From the NCBI GenBank assembly GCA_002633005.1, contig NMRA01000523.1, forward strand, positions 187,790-251,789: 64,000 bases of DNA, given 5' to 3'. The stretch is from Phoronis australis. Taxonomy: Eukaryota; Animalia; Phoronida. The first letter of the stretch is position 1. Each line of letters starts with the position of its first letter. The position numbers and the translations under genes were made by a program. The notes below the pieces were generated by a model that did no database searches, was not told the DNA's origin, and saw nothing but the letters and a program-made list of their open reading frames with translations. Of this stretch, positions 26,559-39,008 are shown piece after piece.

Positions 26559-26565
26559 CTCCTGC

Positions 26566-27790
26566 TTTCAAATCAGGCGTGTTAAGTAAAAAAAGTGATT
26601 ACACCTCATTACATACTCGGACGGAAATATTTAGTTGGATAAGTAAGTTGTCATGTGAGTGCACTTTTGCGTGTTACTCATTGCTGACATCGCTGGAAAT
26701 GGGAACTGTTGAGCCCAATATTTCGAAGGTTCAGTATTCCGAAGGTTCGGTACTTCGAAGTGTCACTGCTCCGAAAGTTCACTACTCCGAAAATATCTAA
26801 ACTTTCTGACTCAGGTGTGAGTGTTACAATTTTACAAGCAAAAATTAACGAGAGTTCGGTATAGAGGCAACTATACCGAAGACAACCCGCCGTTAATAAA
26901 TCACCGAGACGTTGTTTGGATTTCATGTGTATGTGAAATTGCCCGCATGTCTTTCGAGTACTTAAAATTGAGTACAGTTTTGCATCTTTAAAAGAATATG
27001 AAGTAGGTATATTGATGGATTATCAACCACTATACATTCATCAAGTCCATATGAGGATCGCATCATCTCACACCGCGACTGAAAAGTTTAGGCCGGGGAC
27101 GCTTCACCTCATTCTCACCCACCGGAAGTACTCGCACGGCGGGTCGAAACTAAATATAGTTAGTAGGCTTCCGTGTCCCTGCCAGTCGTCACGAAAATCT
27201 CACCCAGTCTTCTCAAATTCAAAACCACAGTTGATCGCCACAGCCCGGACCCGTGCCACAGATGTTGTCTTTAATTAGATTCAAGGATCACGATTGGTAG
27301 TGATTGGAACTGTATGAGTTGGATGGTAAACAATGTAATCGATGGTTTAGGAACTATTCAACTCTTGCACACTATTCAAATGGTTACTAAATGGACACAA
27401 ATATGATACTTTATTCATTTCAGCTCCGACTCTTTGGTAGACAATCAGAGTAATAAATGGTTTCGGAATTGTGGACATTCCAAGTAGTGAACTTTCGAAG
27501 GTGGCGAACATTCGCAGTAGTGACCATAGGCTTAGTGAACCTTTGGATGGTTTTCGGCACACCGGAAGACCCGGGGTTGTTTGTAAACTAATACTTCATT
27601 TGTATATTCACAATTTGATGAGACAAAGCATCGTTGACTTTGTTATTATTGGGGTTAGTAGTACTAGTAGCTGCAACAATTTTGTTGTTGCTGTTGTCCA
27701 TCTATATCCTGTCTTATCCTATCGGATTGCGGGCTAGGACTGGACCTTTTCTGCAGGAGGTTGAGAGAACCTCCCGAACCCCCCTGGCTA
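26566..27790 (+). repeat. Composite repeat (MITE with inverted 18-bp subterminal arrays plus shared flanks); paralogue at 58646-60775
   Basis: Shared colinear blocks: tttcaaatcaggcgtg; catcgctggaaatggg; cactactccgaaaatatc; ttactaaatggaca; agtagctgcaacaattttgttgttg; gtccatctata; ctggaccttttc. Confidence 0.75.
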
Positions 27791-29688
27791 CGGGCCTAAT
27801 TTGTTACTTTCTGCACGTATTGATGCATAATTAGACGACAACAAGTTGAAAACAGCACCACCTCATTGCGAAATCATGCAGTTGCTCATACCGAGTTCGG
27901 ACAGTCATGCCAAACTAAAACTCAAGTACGACGACTCCGTACAGAATTTTTGAGAGTAGGTATCATAAAATTTTACATAACTTAAACTACCAGTTACAAA
28001 TTTCAATTATACTTCTCATGCGCGTTGTCTAGGGTTACATGGTAGTACTCAAACACAAAAGTTTAGCTAAACAGGAACAAATTTAAAAAATTGACACTCT
28101 AAGGTTATTGTTCTGTAAACTATCAGTGAAGTCTCCCGAGCATAGTCAGTATAAATCCGTTAACAAGACTATTCATATTGGCTTCCGCCATTATTGTGTC
28201 ATTCACCGTGACGACACCCAACGGGTGTGTGCGCGCCGACGACATGAGCGAGGACTCGACTACCATGGCCGATTTTAATTTGTCAAATTCAAAATTGTGA
28301 AAAGTCTTTGTTTAAAATACATGTACATGTATAGAGAACAAAATATTTGAGCAGTGTAATGGAAAAATACACATAGGCAAAATATAGAGTAAATCAAGAA
28401 AAAATTTCGACAGCAAAGGTAATATAAATTACAAGGAATACATCATAAGCCAGAGGGTGACCCAGTAATCAGAGGTGAGCAGGTGAAAGTAGGTGATTGG
28501 AGGGTGGGAAGATACAGAAACTGTAGGATTTTGTCCAGAGGGTCAGGGAAGTGATAAACATAAGATAGATCTGCTGAACAAGATGTAGGAGCAAAAACGG
28601 AGAGTGGGGCCAAAAAGTTTGGGGCGGAGATAGCTTTCCGCCTCCTAATAATGCAGGTGTTAATATCAATTAATTAACAATTAATTATAAAAACTTTCAA
28701 CACACAAAATTTGTCTTGAAATAAAGTTGAAAAATTAACAGACTCTCCACCTCCCAACCGTCAAATGATTCCGTAGCAAATGTCCAAAAACTTCCCTCTT
28801 AACACCATCCAAACACGAGTTTATACATGTATGTTTGTTTCGAAAATACACACCTTACGACATTCTACATTCAAGCAGGGAGGTCTGTGCCAAGTTACAG
28901 GAAACACTCCCAAATGGCGACTGTGCTCAACTGAGTTGCTAAGTCTTTTGAGTATTAGTTTCGTTCTTTACTCATAGTTGTTATATTTTTCTATCATTTT
29001 ATCTTCATTACGACTCCTCTATTGACTTACGGTGACGTTATATTAGAAAACCCGTTTGTACAGCTGTACAGACCCAGCGAAGCCGAAGGCAACCTGACAG
29101 AGCCGAACCCGGCTTTGGGTGATGTACAGTAAGTGATGCCGGGGTCGAGGGAGTTGTGGGTAGTGGGTAGATGGGGTTGTGGGTCAAGGATGTCGTGAGT
29201 CGAGGTGTGTGGGGATAGAAGGGGTCGGGTTTTAGAACAAGTACACGCACGTGCGGAACAAAGTGCAAGTTGAGGTCTTAAGCAAGCTATTTGATTGACA
29301 ATTGGATCAGATTTTTTCACCGGCACGGGTTGGTGATTTTGTCATTATTGTGAGAGAATGCAAAGACAATAACAATTTTCGTACCCGGGTCAAAGATGAT
29401 GATTTGTTTGATTTTGGCCTTACTAGGGTCCATCATCTTTGCTTAGGGACATTATTTTCAATGTTTGCCCTTACTGGAGGTTTTGATCGTTGGAGGCCAT
29501 AGAATCCTTAATTGTCAATGAGTACCTTCGACAATGTTAGACAGGATTGCATATAACATTGACACGCAATAAGTGCACCCAAACAGACAGTGGGGTTAAC
29601 CACAATTTAAACGATCCTTAGATACGACTCTAACATACTACTATTTCATCACAAATAGCGTGCTTCTTGTTATTATATGAAATAGAGA

Positions 29689-29760
29689 AGGCAGTGTGGC
29701 TTAGCAGAAAACGTGTTTGCTTCCTTTACTGAAAGTCGTAGTTCGAGTCCCATTAGCACA
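29689..29760 (+). repeat. tRNA-derived SINE head / tRNA pseudogene
   Basis: Pol III A-box-like TGGCTTAGCAG (29697) and B-box GTTCGAGTCC (29741) at tRNA-like spacing. Acceptor and anticodon stems do not pair, so this is not a functional tRNA. Confidence 0.5.
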
Positions 29761-29909
29761 GTGCTATACCCTTGGATGTATGCAAGAGAATGAATGGGAA
29801 CCTGAACGTAATGCAAAAGCGATTTCTGGGTCTGTGCTCATATAAAAACCTGATGTAATACTGAAGCGATTTCTGGAGGTGTGTTTGTGTAAAAAAACAC
29901 CGCGGACTG

Positions 29910-30050
29910 TTACCCGATCCGTGCAATAATGCAGGTGTCGTTCATCACGTCGCCTCCATTCTTTGACGCGCCCATCCACCTTTCTCAGACAGAGCCTGGA
30001 CTCATCAATGAACATGACAATCCGCCACATGTTTTGGTGTCACCGTTAGT
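29910..30050 (-). pseudogene. Tc1-family DD34E transposase fragment
   Basis: WRIVMFIDESRLCLRKVDGRVKEWRRRDER...C matches the Tc1 consensus WxxVLFSDESRFxL...DGRxRVWRRxGE. Confidence 0.85.
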
Positions 30051-30270
30051 GTTTCCGGACGGTGAGCTACAGTCATTACGAGCTCCCTGGGGATTGTTCT
30101 AAAGTCCCCTCGACCCTCACATCCCACGACCCTCTCGGCCCACGATCTGTGGCAAGAGATGTATCTTTGCGCTTTTTGCACATTTCATAATCATAATTGT
30201 GAGCATGCTATCGTTGTCACGGAAATACATGTAGGTCCACGAGCGGCTAGCAATGGTCCTGTTCTACTAA

Positions 30271-31932
30271 AGAATGCCACCCAAAAAAAGAACCGATTTT
30301 TTATCAATTTAGATCGAGTAGTTCTACTAGATAACGGTAGGTTCGGTTGCGTTACCTGACACCTGACGGTGTTGAAATTATCCAATGGCGTAATTGGTTT
30401 CACCCGCCGCCTGTTCAGCAGTTCACAACACAGGTTAGTAATGTCAGACTATCGCATGAATTCATCGCTTAACACCAATAAATAATCAAACTTCGATGCA
30501 AAACCCTTAAAAATAGACCGAGTTCTTATGAAAATGTGCTGATATATTTCGCTGTTACGGATTTACTGGTGTTTGGACACAGCGCAGCCCCAAAGTTCGG
30601 CAGGCCAAATTACCAAGGTCCGTAGCAGGAGTTTGGGGTCTGTTCGGAGATAAATTCGAAGTGATATTCCGTGAAATACAGACAGGAGAACCTAGATCTG
30701 TGTTGTTTATACTTGTGATTTTTTTAGTTCGGAACCCGATCAAGCCCGTTGAGGACGGACTGTCGGACTCGTTATCCCGGCCAGTAGCTCGGAACCCGAT
30801 CAGGCCCGTCGCGGCCTTCGGGACTGGCACGAACATAACCCTGTTTGGGTTGGAAGCTAAAACCTCCAGTCACGAAAAGACTATAATAGTGAGCCAAAGA
30901 GATAATGTGCACGTAACTATTTATGTGAATCATAGCCACGAAACTGAAAATCTACTTACTTGTCAAGGGCCGCGAAGTCGGGTTCCCCTTCCACAGACCG
31001 TCAGGGCAAAGGTTGTAAAGTAACAATGATTTGAATAATGTATTTGTATCTCTAAATAAAGATTCCCCTAACATGTGACCATAGCATATAAAATCGAGTA
31101 ATTGTTTCACAACAGCTTTCTGTTAGCAAACACTGAATTAGCATGCGCTCACACGGCCTCGGTGCCCGGTCAATTACCTTTATTGCTGGCATCAAAAGCC
31201 GGTAACGCAGTGGTTTATTCATTGCTGGCTCATTAAAAACGCTTGCACTCACGAGCACTCCAAGGCATTACAAATTGTATCTAATCAGACAGACTTTGTT
31301 TCAGTTTCATATAAGCCTTGGTTAGGATGAGAATAATTCATTTTGAAACATGGCAACTCGCCCGGCGCCAATCCCGACTTCGTCAAAAGCTCATCCGACA
31401 AAGACTTCACGGGTCGGATCGTTAAGTTTCACAGGCTTTCAGTTCGAACAGGAATACACTGATCAAGAAATACTAGAGAGGCGCCGTGAACATGCACATG
31501 CAACGGAGCGTATGGATAGTTCTCTGGTAAGCCGGAATTTGCCAGAGAAATCACTGTGGACGAAATGCCTGCCCGGCACAGACACGGAGTTGTTTCACGG
31601 CCTCATACTTGCTATTAACAGCTTGCCTTCCATTCTTCACTACCGCAAGCCACTACCTAAGCATTTCGGGCTCTCGAGGAAGTCGAAAAAACGATATACC
31701 CGCTTTCTTCGCAGCTTCATAGTTCTTGCACGCGGGAACGATGAACCGCAATATACATGTAGCGTCATTCACTCTGCAGACGAACCACTGACGTCGCTGC
31801 GTCGTTTCTCACCTTCCTCACAGGTTAACGCGACACCTTTTGGCAAGATGAGGTAGACCGTATAAGAGGCGATATGGACATAGACCGATTAAGACGGTAA
31901 AAAAGACTAATTAATTCGGGTGTCATTCTCCT
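30271..31932 (-). mobile_element. Non-autonomous Kolobok (copy 2, inverted)
   Basis: The reverse complement is colinear with 5171-6786. Ends GGGTGTCATTCTCCT|TTAA at 31932; the other end is AGAATGCCACCC at 30271. Contains FTGFQFEQEYTDQE (+) and the antisense THAP. Confidence 0.82.
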
Positions 31933-33008
31933 TTAAGGAGAGAGCACGTTTACGTGAATGGACATAATTTCGTATTTTTATTGTTTGCTTGTTGTTGTAT
32001 ACTCGTTTACAATATACTCCAGGTAACGTTGAGATACTTTTTATTTAACAGTTTTTTAAGTTATATTTCCTGAAGAAGTTACATGTACATATTCGTCTGT
32101 TCAGTGGCTGATTTAGAGGTGCAGTAAAAAGCACGAACCTGCCATTCACTGAAAAGCAGACGAGACGATTATACTTTGCCGGGAACGAGATTTGTAACGT
32201 TGGTAGGTCTTTAATTTGATTTTGTCGTGTAGTTTTTTTTCTGTTTTTGTCTTTCAAACTTTCGTTGGCACTGCAAGTTAACGCTTGTTCTATGTTAAGA
32301 TCGAGTCGAACTTCTGTAGACTGGGTCGAGGGGGTTGTGGGTAGAGGGGATCGTGCGGAGTGGGGATCGAGGGGGTTTTAGAACAAACCCTTTCCTGGAG
32401 GGTGAACGCGCTCGGAGGTTAGCTCAGTGCAGTCTTCTCTGAACTGTTTGGTCCGCGAGACGTCTGCCATAATGGTGCTTGTAGCTGTCGCGTCGACATT
32501 TTTCGTTTCCGCACTGCAGTCCGAAAGAGATACCTGTTTTGCCGGGAGGGGTTGCCAATTTTGGACGGACACTTCCCAGTATTGTTGTTTTTTGGAATTT
32601 CTGCTTCAGATTGGAATTGGCACTAGCATTCACTCCGAATCGTGCTGCTACCACATTCTGGAAAACACTAGCATGAATCGGTCCAAGAGTTCGGGCCTTC
32701 TCTGTATTAAAACAACGCAGCATACTTGGTGTCAGAAAACCAGACTTTTACATTTGAAGAAAACTCCAGTCTGGGCATTCCAAACAATTTGCATATTTGA
32801 GATTCATGGTGAGCCAGCTAACAGCAGGAGCTCCATGCTATAATTCAGTGTCTCACAATTTGATGTTTACGCCCGGTGTTTCAGTAGCACCCGCACATCA
32901 CAGGCAGTGACACTGCTTGGCAAAAATTTGCAACATTCACTTTGAGACCAACCCGTTTTTGCCAGCAAAGTTACCTAGAGTATCAAAATTTATTAACAAA
33001 ATGCGATA

Positions 33009-34576
33009 TAGACCCAATTCACGCCGACAGGAGGCTCGCTACGATAACTCTGTTGTCTTGCCGGCATACTCACGGGTTGTATTCCGCGTTGGTCGGACGG
33101 GCTAGAAAAATACGCCGTCGGACACTCAACTGTCTGTTTTACATTCCCTAGGGACTTTGAGATTTGAGAGCGTTGTGTCGTTGCCATAAACCGCGACGAA
33201 AGAAAACATGACCGTGTAAAATTTAAATGTTTTCGAAAAGTTAGATCATATTTTGTTGCATCTCGGTTGCCAACTGGAGCATCATAGCAACGACCGGAGA
33301 ATCTTCGGCAAGCCAGGTTGTGTTTTCCTGACTACGGGTTGACGATGCATTTTTCTTTCCAAAAAGGACAGGGCCTTCAATCCCTCGATTTTGGGGCCGA
33401 ATATCAGCCTTATTCCCCTCTCAAAAATATTGAAAAATTCCCCGAAATACCCCGGCCCCACGAGGCCTAAAAATTCCCATTAGGGATAGAAAAGCTCTCT
33501 CCGAAGTTCAAATCACATGTAACCACACAAGTGACAATTTAAAAGAGCACAAAATGCTACTTGAGAGAGAGCCTATGAGAGCTTGCAACAGGGCGCCGAG
33601 GGGTGCTATTGATGATGATCGGGAGGTAGATTTTTCCCTCACTTCGCTCCAGTCGGCGAAAAAATTCCACTCTCTCAGAAGGCACAGGCACCTTTTCCCT
33701 TGGATGAACGAGGCCCCTGAAGAAACATGATAACCATGCTTGCTCTGTCCATTTAACTGAAACTGAGCTCTAAAACGAGGTTATGCTTTGGACGAACGAA
33801 TTAGGTGTTTTATTAAAATCAGCTTGGTCCAGATTGATATTTGAAACCTAACACATAAAATAGACGTAAGAATTATTAAAACCAAGAAAGCAGAATTGAT
33901 GGTCAAATAATTACTTGTGAATGTGTGCAAGGGAGTGAATGAGAACCTGGATATAATGCCAAAGCGGGGCTGTGCTCGTTGTTTTTTTTTTCTCAAAATT
34001 TAAAACTTAAATGCTCAAATAATTTTTATTCTTTCAGATCAATGAAAAATCAACTGTTAATCCCGTAGTCCCTACCTCTCCAGGACCTAGGGTATGCTTG
34101 TTGTTAATAATATTCTTGATCAACAAATTAAACCAGATGTGACTAATTGCACATGACAGCAAAATGCGATGAGCCACCACAGTCGAATATATCTTCAACT
34201 CGTCAACAATACAAGCAGATAACCTGGTTCGTGTAGAAAGCATTTTTATCAACAATTTGCAAGAAGAAAACTAACCCTACATTCAGCCTAATATCTAATC
34301 CGTAACACTACGACCGCCGCAGTTTGGTCATATTTACTTTTCATGTTTCGAACCTAGTTTTCCGAAAAAAACATATACCCTTTCGTCAGACAACTCTTGA
34401 ATGCATTGACTTGTTCCCTAATGTATTTTTCTACGTCTCTGTGTTTAATTATCGACATATTTTTAAGATTTAATATCCAGGTTGAACTCGAAAGACCGGC
34501 CACTTAACTCACGCAACTCAACTTCCGCTTTGTTTATCGCAGTGGATTTTAATGTCCGCCGCGTGAATTGGGTCTA
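33009..34576. mobile_element. Non-autonomous TIR element (possibly PHIS/ISL2EU-type)
   Basis: Perfect 16-bp inverted repeat TAGACCCAATTCACGC (33009) / GCGTGAATTGGGTCTA (34561). No clean TSD. Confidence 0.5.
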
Positions 34577-36081
34577 GTTGGAAAGGGGAATGCCACGACG
34601 TAAAAAAAGTAAATGAAAACACGCACGAGTGAGCAGAATTTCCAAAGTGTTTTATTGAGGTGTTTATATTTTAATGAAGCATACAAATGTTTTCAGATGA
34701 TCAGTGCAATGGACCCAATTGAGCTGCCTACGCACGTCTGCTACAAAGTGTATCAGACCGCCGGCAATTATTTTTTTAATAATACTAAATTTTCTGGAAT
34801 TCTGTTCCTTGAAAAAATTAAGTTGAAAGAAAACTTAAAATTTTTAATCTCGGTTGTTCACCACTTCTGATGTTTTTAATACCCAAACGAAGTGACCTTG
34901 AGGAGAAGTGAAAAGTAGAAATGCTGACCGCCATCTGGTGGTGTGCATTTGAAGTAGTCAGTTGAATTCAAAATAGATACATTCGCAGCATTATCGTTTT
35001 CGCATTGTACTTTTACTCAGTTTTAATGAATGGCCCTTTTCGACTACATCTAGCCTCCTTTGCATCTGTGACATTAACCCGGGTTATTTTCACGGGACAT
35101 GTATGGAAGTATTAGTTTGTTTCTGTGGGTAGGATAAATCAATTTTTCTCAGCATCTGTTTGTTTTCGCCAATGCCTCTCTGTTTTTAATTGTGGCGCCA
35201 ATATGAGCTCCAACGTTTTCTAGACAGAATGATATTTCGAATTTGGGAAGGTTTTCATTGTTCGAGGCTTTTAAGGTTTTGTAAATTGCCATTTGTTAAT
35301 TAAGAAGGATAACTGAATTAAATCCGACGTGAAAAACAATATTATCGAGTGCAACTATAACTTATTATACAATAATTGACTTTGACCAAGGTCCACAAAC
35401 TGGTTTTCATACCCCAAAATGTGATAAAAAATAACGAGGCGAAGCAGATTTGCAACGCATGTCGTTTTTCACTTAGTCTAGGTTTTACAAAACGTCCCTT
35501 TGGTCAAAATGTACTCACTGTGGGTAGCAGATTTTAGCTCAGCGATCTCAACCAAAACTTAAACGAGCAATGCTTTAAGCGCGCAAACCAAAAGTTCAGG
35601 GTTGACACAGTTAGAATTTTCAGAAGAAACTGTTGGCATCAATGTTTTTTGTAAGATAAATTTGGGTGAAGCGTTTCTCATTTACGGGATAGAAAATATG
35701 CAACTTTTTCATGACAGTGGAAAGGTTTAACCAAAACATAAACATTTCGTCAATTTTAACCCTGTTTGTGTTTCCCTATTTTTTTTATTTTTTAAAGTGA
35801 GCGGGGTTTCCGTGGAAACCTTATTACATATGGTCCCAGTTGCGTGAGTACCCACAATGCATGAGTCCGCTGTCACTCACTATGGCGGCCATTTTAGGTG
35901 GTGGTGCATAACTAAAGATAGAAATTAAACCAAAACATTCCTATTAAATTCATTTAAGTTATAAAAGATTGGACTTGTGTTGAACAAGCATGATTTGGGC
36001 TTAAGTTTTGACTGAACTACAAATACCTTAGAATCAGTTACTAAAACGAAACGGAAAGTTTAGCTTTAGAACCTTTAACTA

Positions 36082-37160
36082 TATTTGTATTTGTATTTAT
36101 TTATTATAGTGACAAGTACAATTAAATCAAACAGCTATAGGTATAACATTCGTAAGAAAGATAAGTACCCAGCCCAGTAGGGCTTTAACCACACAACTCA
36201 GATGTAGGCCTACCATAAGTGCGTCGGTTTCCAAGTTCAAAAGCAGACTTGATAAATTTGGCAAATTGCCTAGTGAAATACTGAAATAGCAGTTTTAACG
36301 TATCCAATCTTCGGAAATCTGCAATGTTAGGGATTTGAATTAAATCATGATTAAACAGAATAGACCTCCGTGAGTTATAAAAAGAAAAATCAAACATAAA
36401 ATTTAGCTCGTCCTCTACAGAACCAGAATCACAACATAAGCAAAGCCTTTCACTTACAGGAGTGTTTACATACATTATACATAACGACCAGTTTTCAAGT
36501 GCAATGGGAGATTTCCTGCTCTAAGCTGAGCCAGAAGAGATCGCTCGGAACGAGATAAATTAATCTTTACATACGGCTCAGTTACAAACTCGTGCTTAAA
36601 AAATGTAGGCTCTTAACTTGGGTTTTGTTACAACATACTCAGCCCAAACATGTTTCGCGTATTCATATAGTTTGTCTCTAGCGTCTATTACGAGTCAAGT
36701 AGTCAAATTTTGAAAACAGGATTGCATGCCAGTTATGTTAAACAAATTTTTGATTCCGTCTATCCAACCCTTTCTACCAACAGAGTAGTCCCATGAAAAT
36801 ACCAGGTCCTTTTTCAGTAATCTATCACTACCTGTGGTTGCTAGTTTGTTCCTAAGACGCAGCACATTTTCCAATGAAGTCCCACCCCATATTGCCACTA
36901 ACGGCATGAGTAGCTGTAAATCGGTTGATCCCTAAATAAAAACGCATAGCTCTGTTTTGAATATTTTCATCATTACCAAAATTTTAGGAACCTCAAACAG
37001 ATGAACCTTAATCCAAAATTGGTGCCACACACGAATTAAATAATGTTTTAAACGTCCAAATCCTAGATTCTTGTTATCGTGGAATGTTGAGCATATCTTC
37101 CCTAACGCTTTATCAGAAGCTTCAGATAACGTATTCAAATTTTCTTTGAAGTCAAGGTGA
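36082..37160 (-). mobile_element. 5'-truncated LINE (RTEX/L2-group-like ORF2 C-terminus) with a short microsatellite tail
   Basis: Minus strand: LSEASDKALGKI...; RSERSLLAQLRAG.LPL...TGR; ERLCLCCDSGSVEDELNFMF (CxxC..EDExHF finger). 3' tail ataataaataaatacaaatacaaata. Frameshifts and stops present. Confidence 0.8.
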
Positions 37161-38436
37161 TCCGGAGCTTTTGAAAACTTTTTTCATATAAACAGCCACG
37201 ACTACATTTAATGGAATGTATAATTGCTCTGTCCACAGTTGAAGTCAGGTGCTTAAGAACAACGTTCGCGAAGGCGTGCTATCTATCGGCGCTGGCCAAA
37301 TGGAAACTTCGCGTGCCTAAAACACATCCGTAAATTAGTTGTTAACGGCGGACCCCATTGGCGGCCTAAATTAATTAGTTGTGACGCCAATTGAAGTTAA
37401 CGGTGTTAATTAATCATTTACGACGTTAATCGATCATCTACGGCCAAATTATCTTCTGACTGCGTAAATCCATTAGTATGCCTAATTTGTCCAAATAAAT
37501 CATTAATTTATACCACTTAAAGACTAATTTGCGCGGCAAGCATTGGATTTAGGCCGCAAATGAATTGTTACTGGGTATTAGCCAGGATTTGCCGCTCAGA
37601 CATTCGCACCCCCGAACTGCCAAATGGAATCTGGGAGAATTTTAGGGGGCTGGGCATGCTCCTCTTGCCCCCCCCCCCTAAATCCGCCACTGGTTTACAC
37701 AATCATAATTTAATTTACGCCGTAAAGCATTATTTAATGTCGTTATCAATAACCAATTCACTCACGTAACGAGGAAGAAACCAATCAAATTCTAAACTCA
37801 ATTGACAAATTCAGTAATTTAACACAACAAAGTGCTTTTCCACTAATCATCTTCAACGTCAAAAGCTTACGCACAAATATTCCTCACGTTGAGTGTACAA
37901 AAATCTGTATTAAGGAATCCTGACATATTCCTACATCTTCTAAAACTCGTGCTACTTGTATGAATCATTCATCTTCAACAAATCTCACTATGAACTCGAG
38001 ATGTCCCATCATTGGTTCATCTTTTCACGGGAAATCTAGAATACAGTCTCCAGCAGTCCTGCTCTAATAAAGAGGTTAAGACAAATAAATGATATTGTAT
38101 GATGTGGACCCATGGCCCAGAAGAGTTTCTTACACTCTGGTATTACAGCAACAATTTTCGTTTGACTATAAAGTGAACTCAACACTTTTCTCATTTCCGG
38201 TGTCTCAATCTGACCCAAATAAACCAACATACACCACTACTTGTCGTAGAACTCGCGTCACACATTACCATTAAAAAAGCAGAACGACCGCAAAAAATAC
38301 TTGTACGTCTGCTTACATTAACGTCATTACCTTCACGACTAGACAAGCATCTCGACAAACGACGATCAATCATCAGAAGAAAATCTCTTAAAGACGAAGG
38401 ATATTTTAACATTTCCAAAAACTCGACTGATTCCAA

Positions 38437-38965
38437 CCATTGTTACAAAACTTTTGGATTTTTGGGAAAAGTAAAAGGTTATATCAATCTGAACTTTCAG
38501 GAGCACGTTGATATTTCGTTAAGTGATATAGAACATATCATATAGGCATCAAACCTTTCAGAAGACGAATCTTAACTTCGGTCACATACTGTTGGTATTG
38601 TTTGGTCTAGTCGTGTTACTTCACACTCGATTTAGAAGTTATCTCTGTGCTCAGGAAAAAACTAAGTGTTTCTTATTTCTTCAGATCAAGCTCATGAGAT
38701 TTCAGCCATTGTTACAAAACTTTGGGAAAGGAGAAACATATCAAATTAAACTTTCAGGAGCCTGTTGATATTTCGTTGAGTGATATAAAATATATTAAAG
38801 AGGCATCAAACCTGGTCATTATGTCAGAAGACTAATCTTGATTTAGGTCACGTACCAACCGTTATAAAAATTAGTCTTACATGTATGTTGTTACTCCCTC
38901 GATTTAGAAGTGGTCTCCGGGTTCGGGAAAAACATTTCATTATTTCTTCAAACCAATCTGATAAA
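38437..38965. repeat. Diverged ~265-bp tandem duplication just downstream of the otopetrin stop (likely 3' UTR)
   Basis: Both units begin ccattgttacaaaactt and share aactttcaggagc, gttgatatttcgtt, ggcatcaaacct, ctcgatttagaagt and ttatttcttca. Confidence 0.85.
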
Positions 38966-39008
38966 AAATCGGATTATGCTGTGATTGTAGATTGCAGTGT
39001 GGATACAT

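Noticed and set aside
31350-31856. 168-aa ORF (and 119-aa ORF 5220-5579) as host genes
   Set aside because: Both lie within Kolobok copies and consist largely of the antisense of the THAP remnant.
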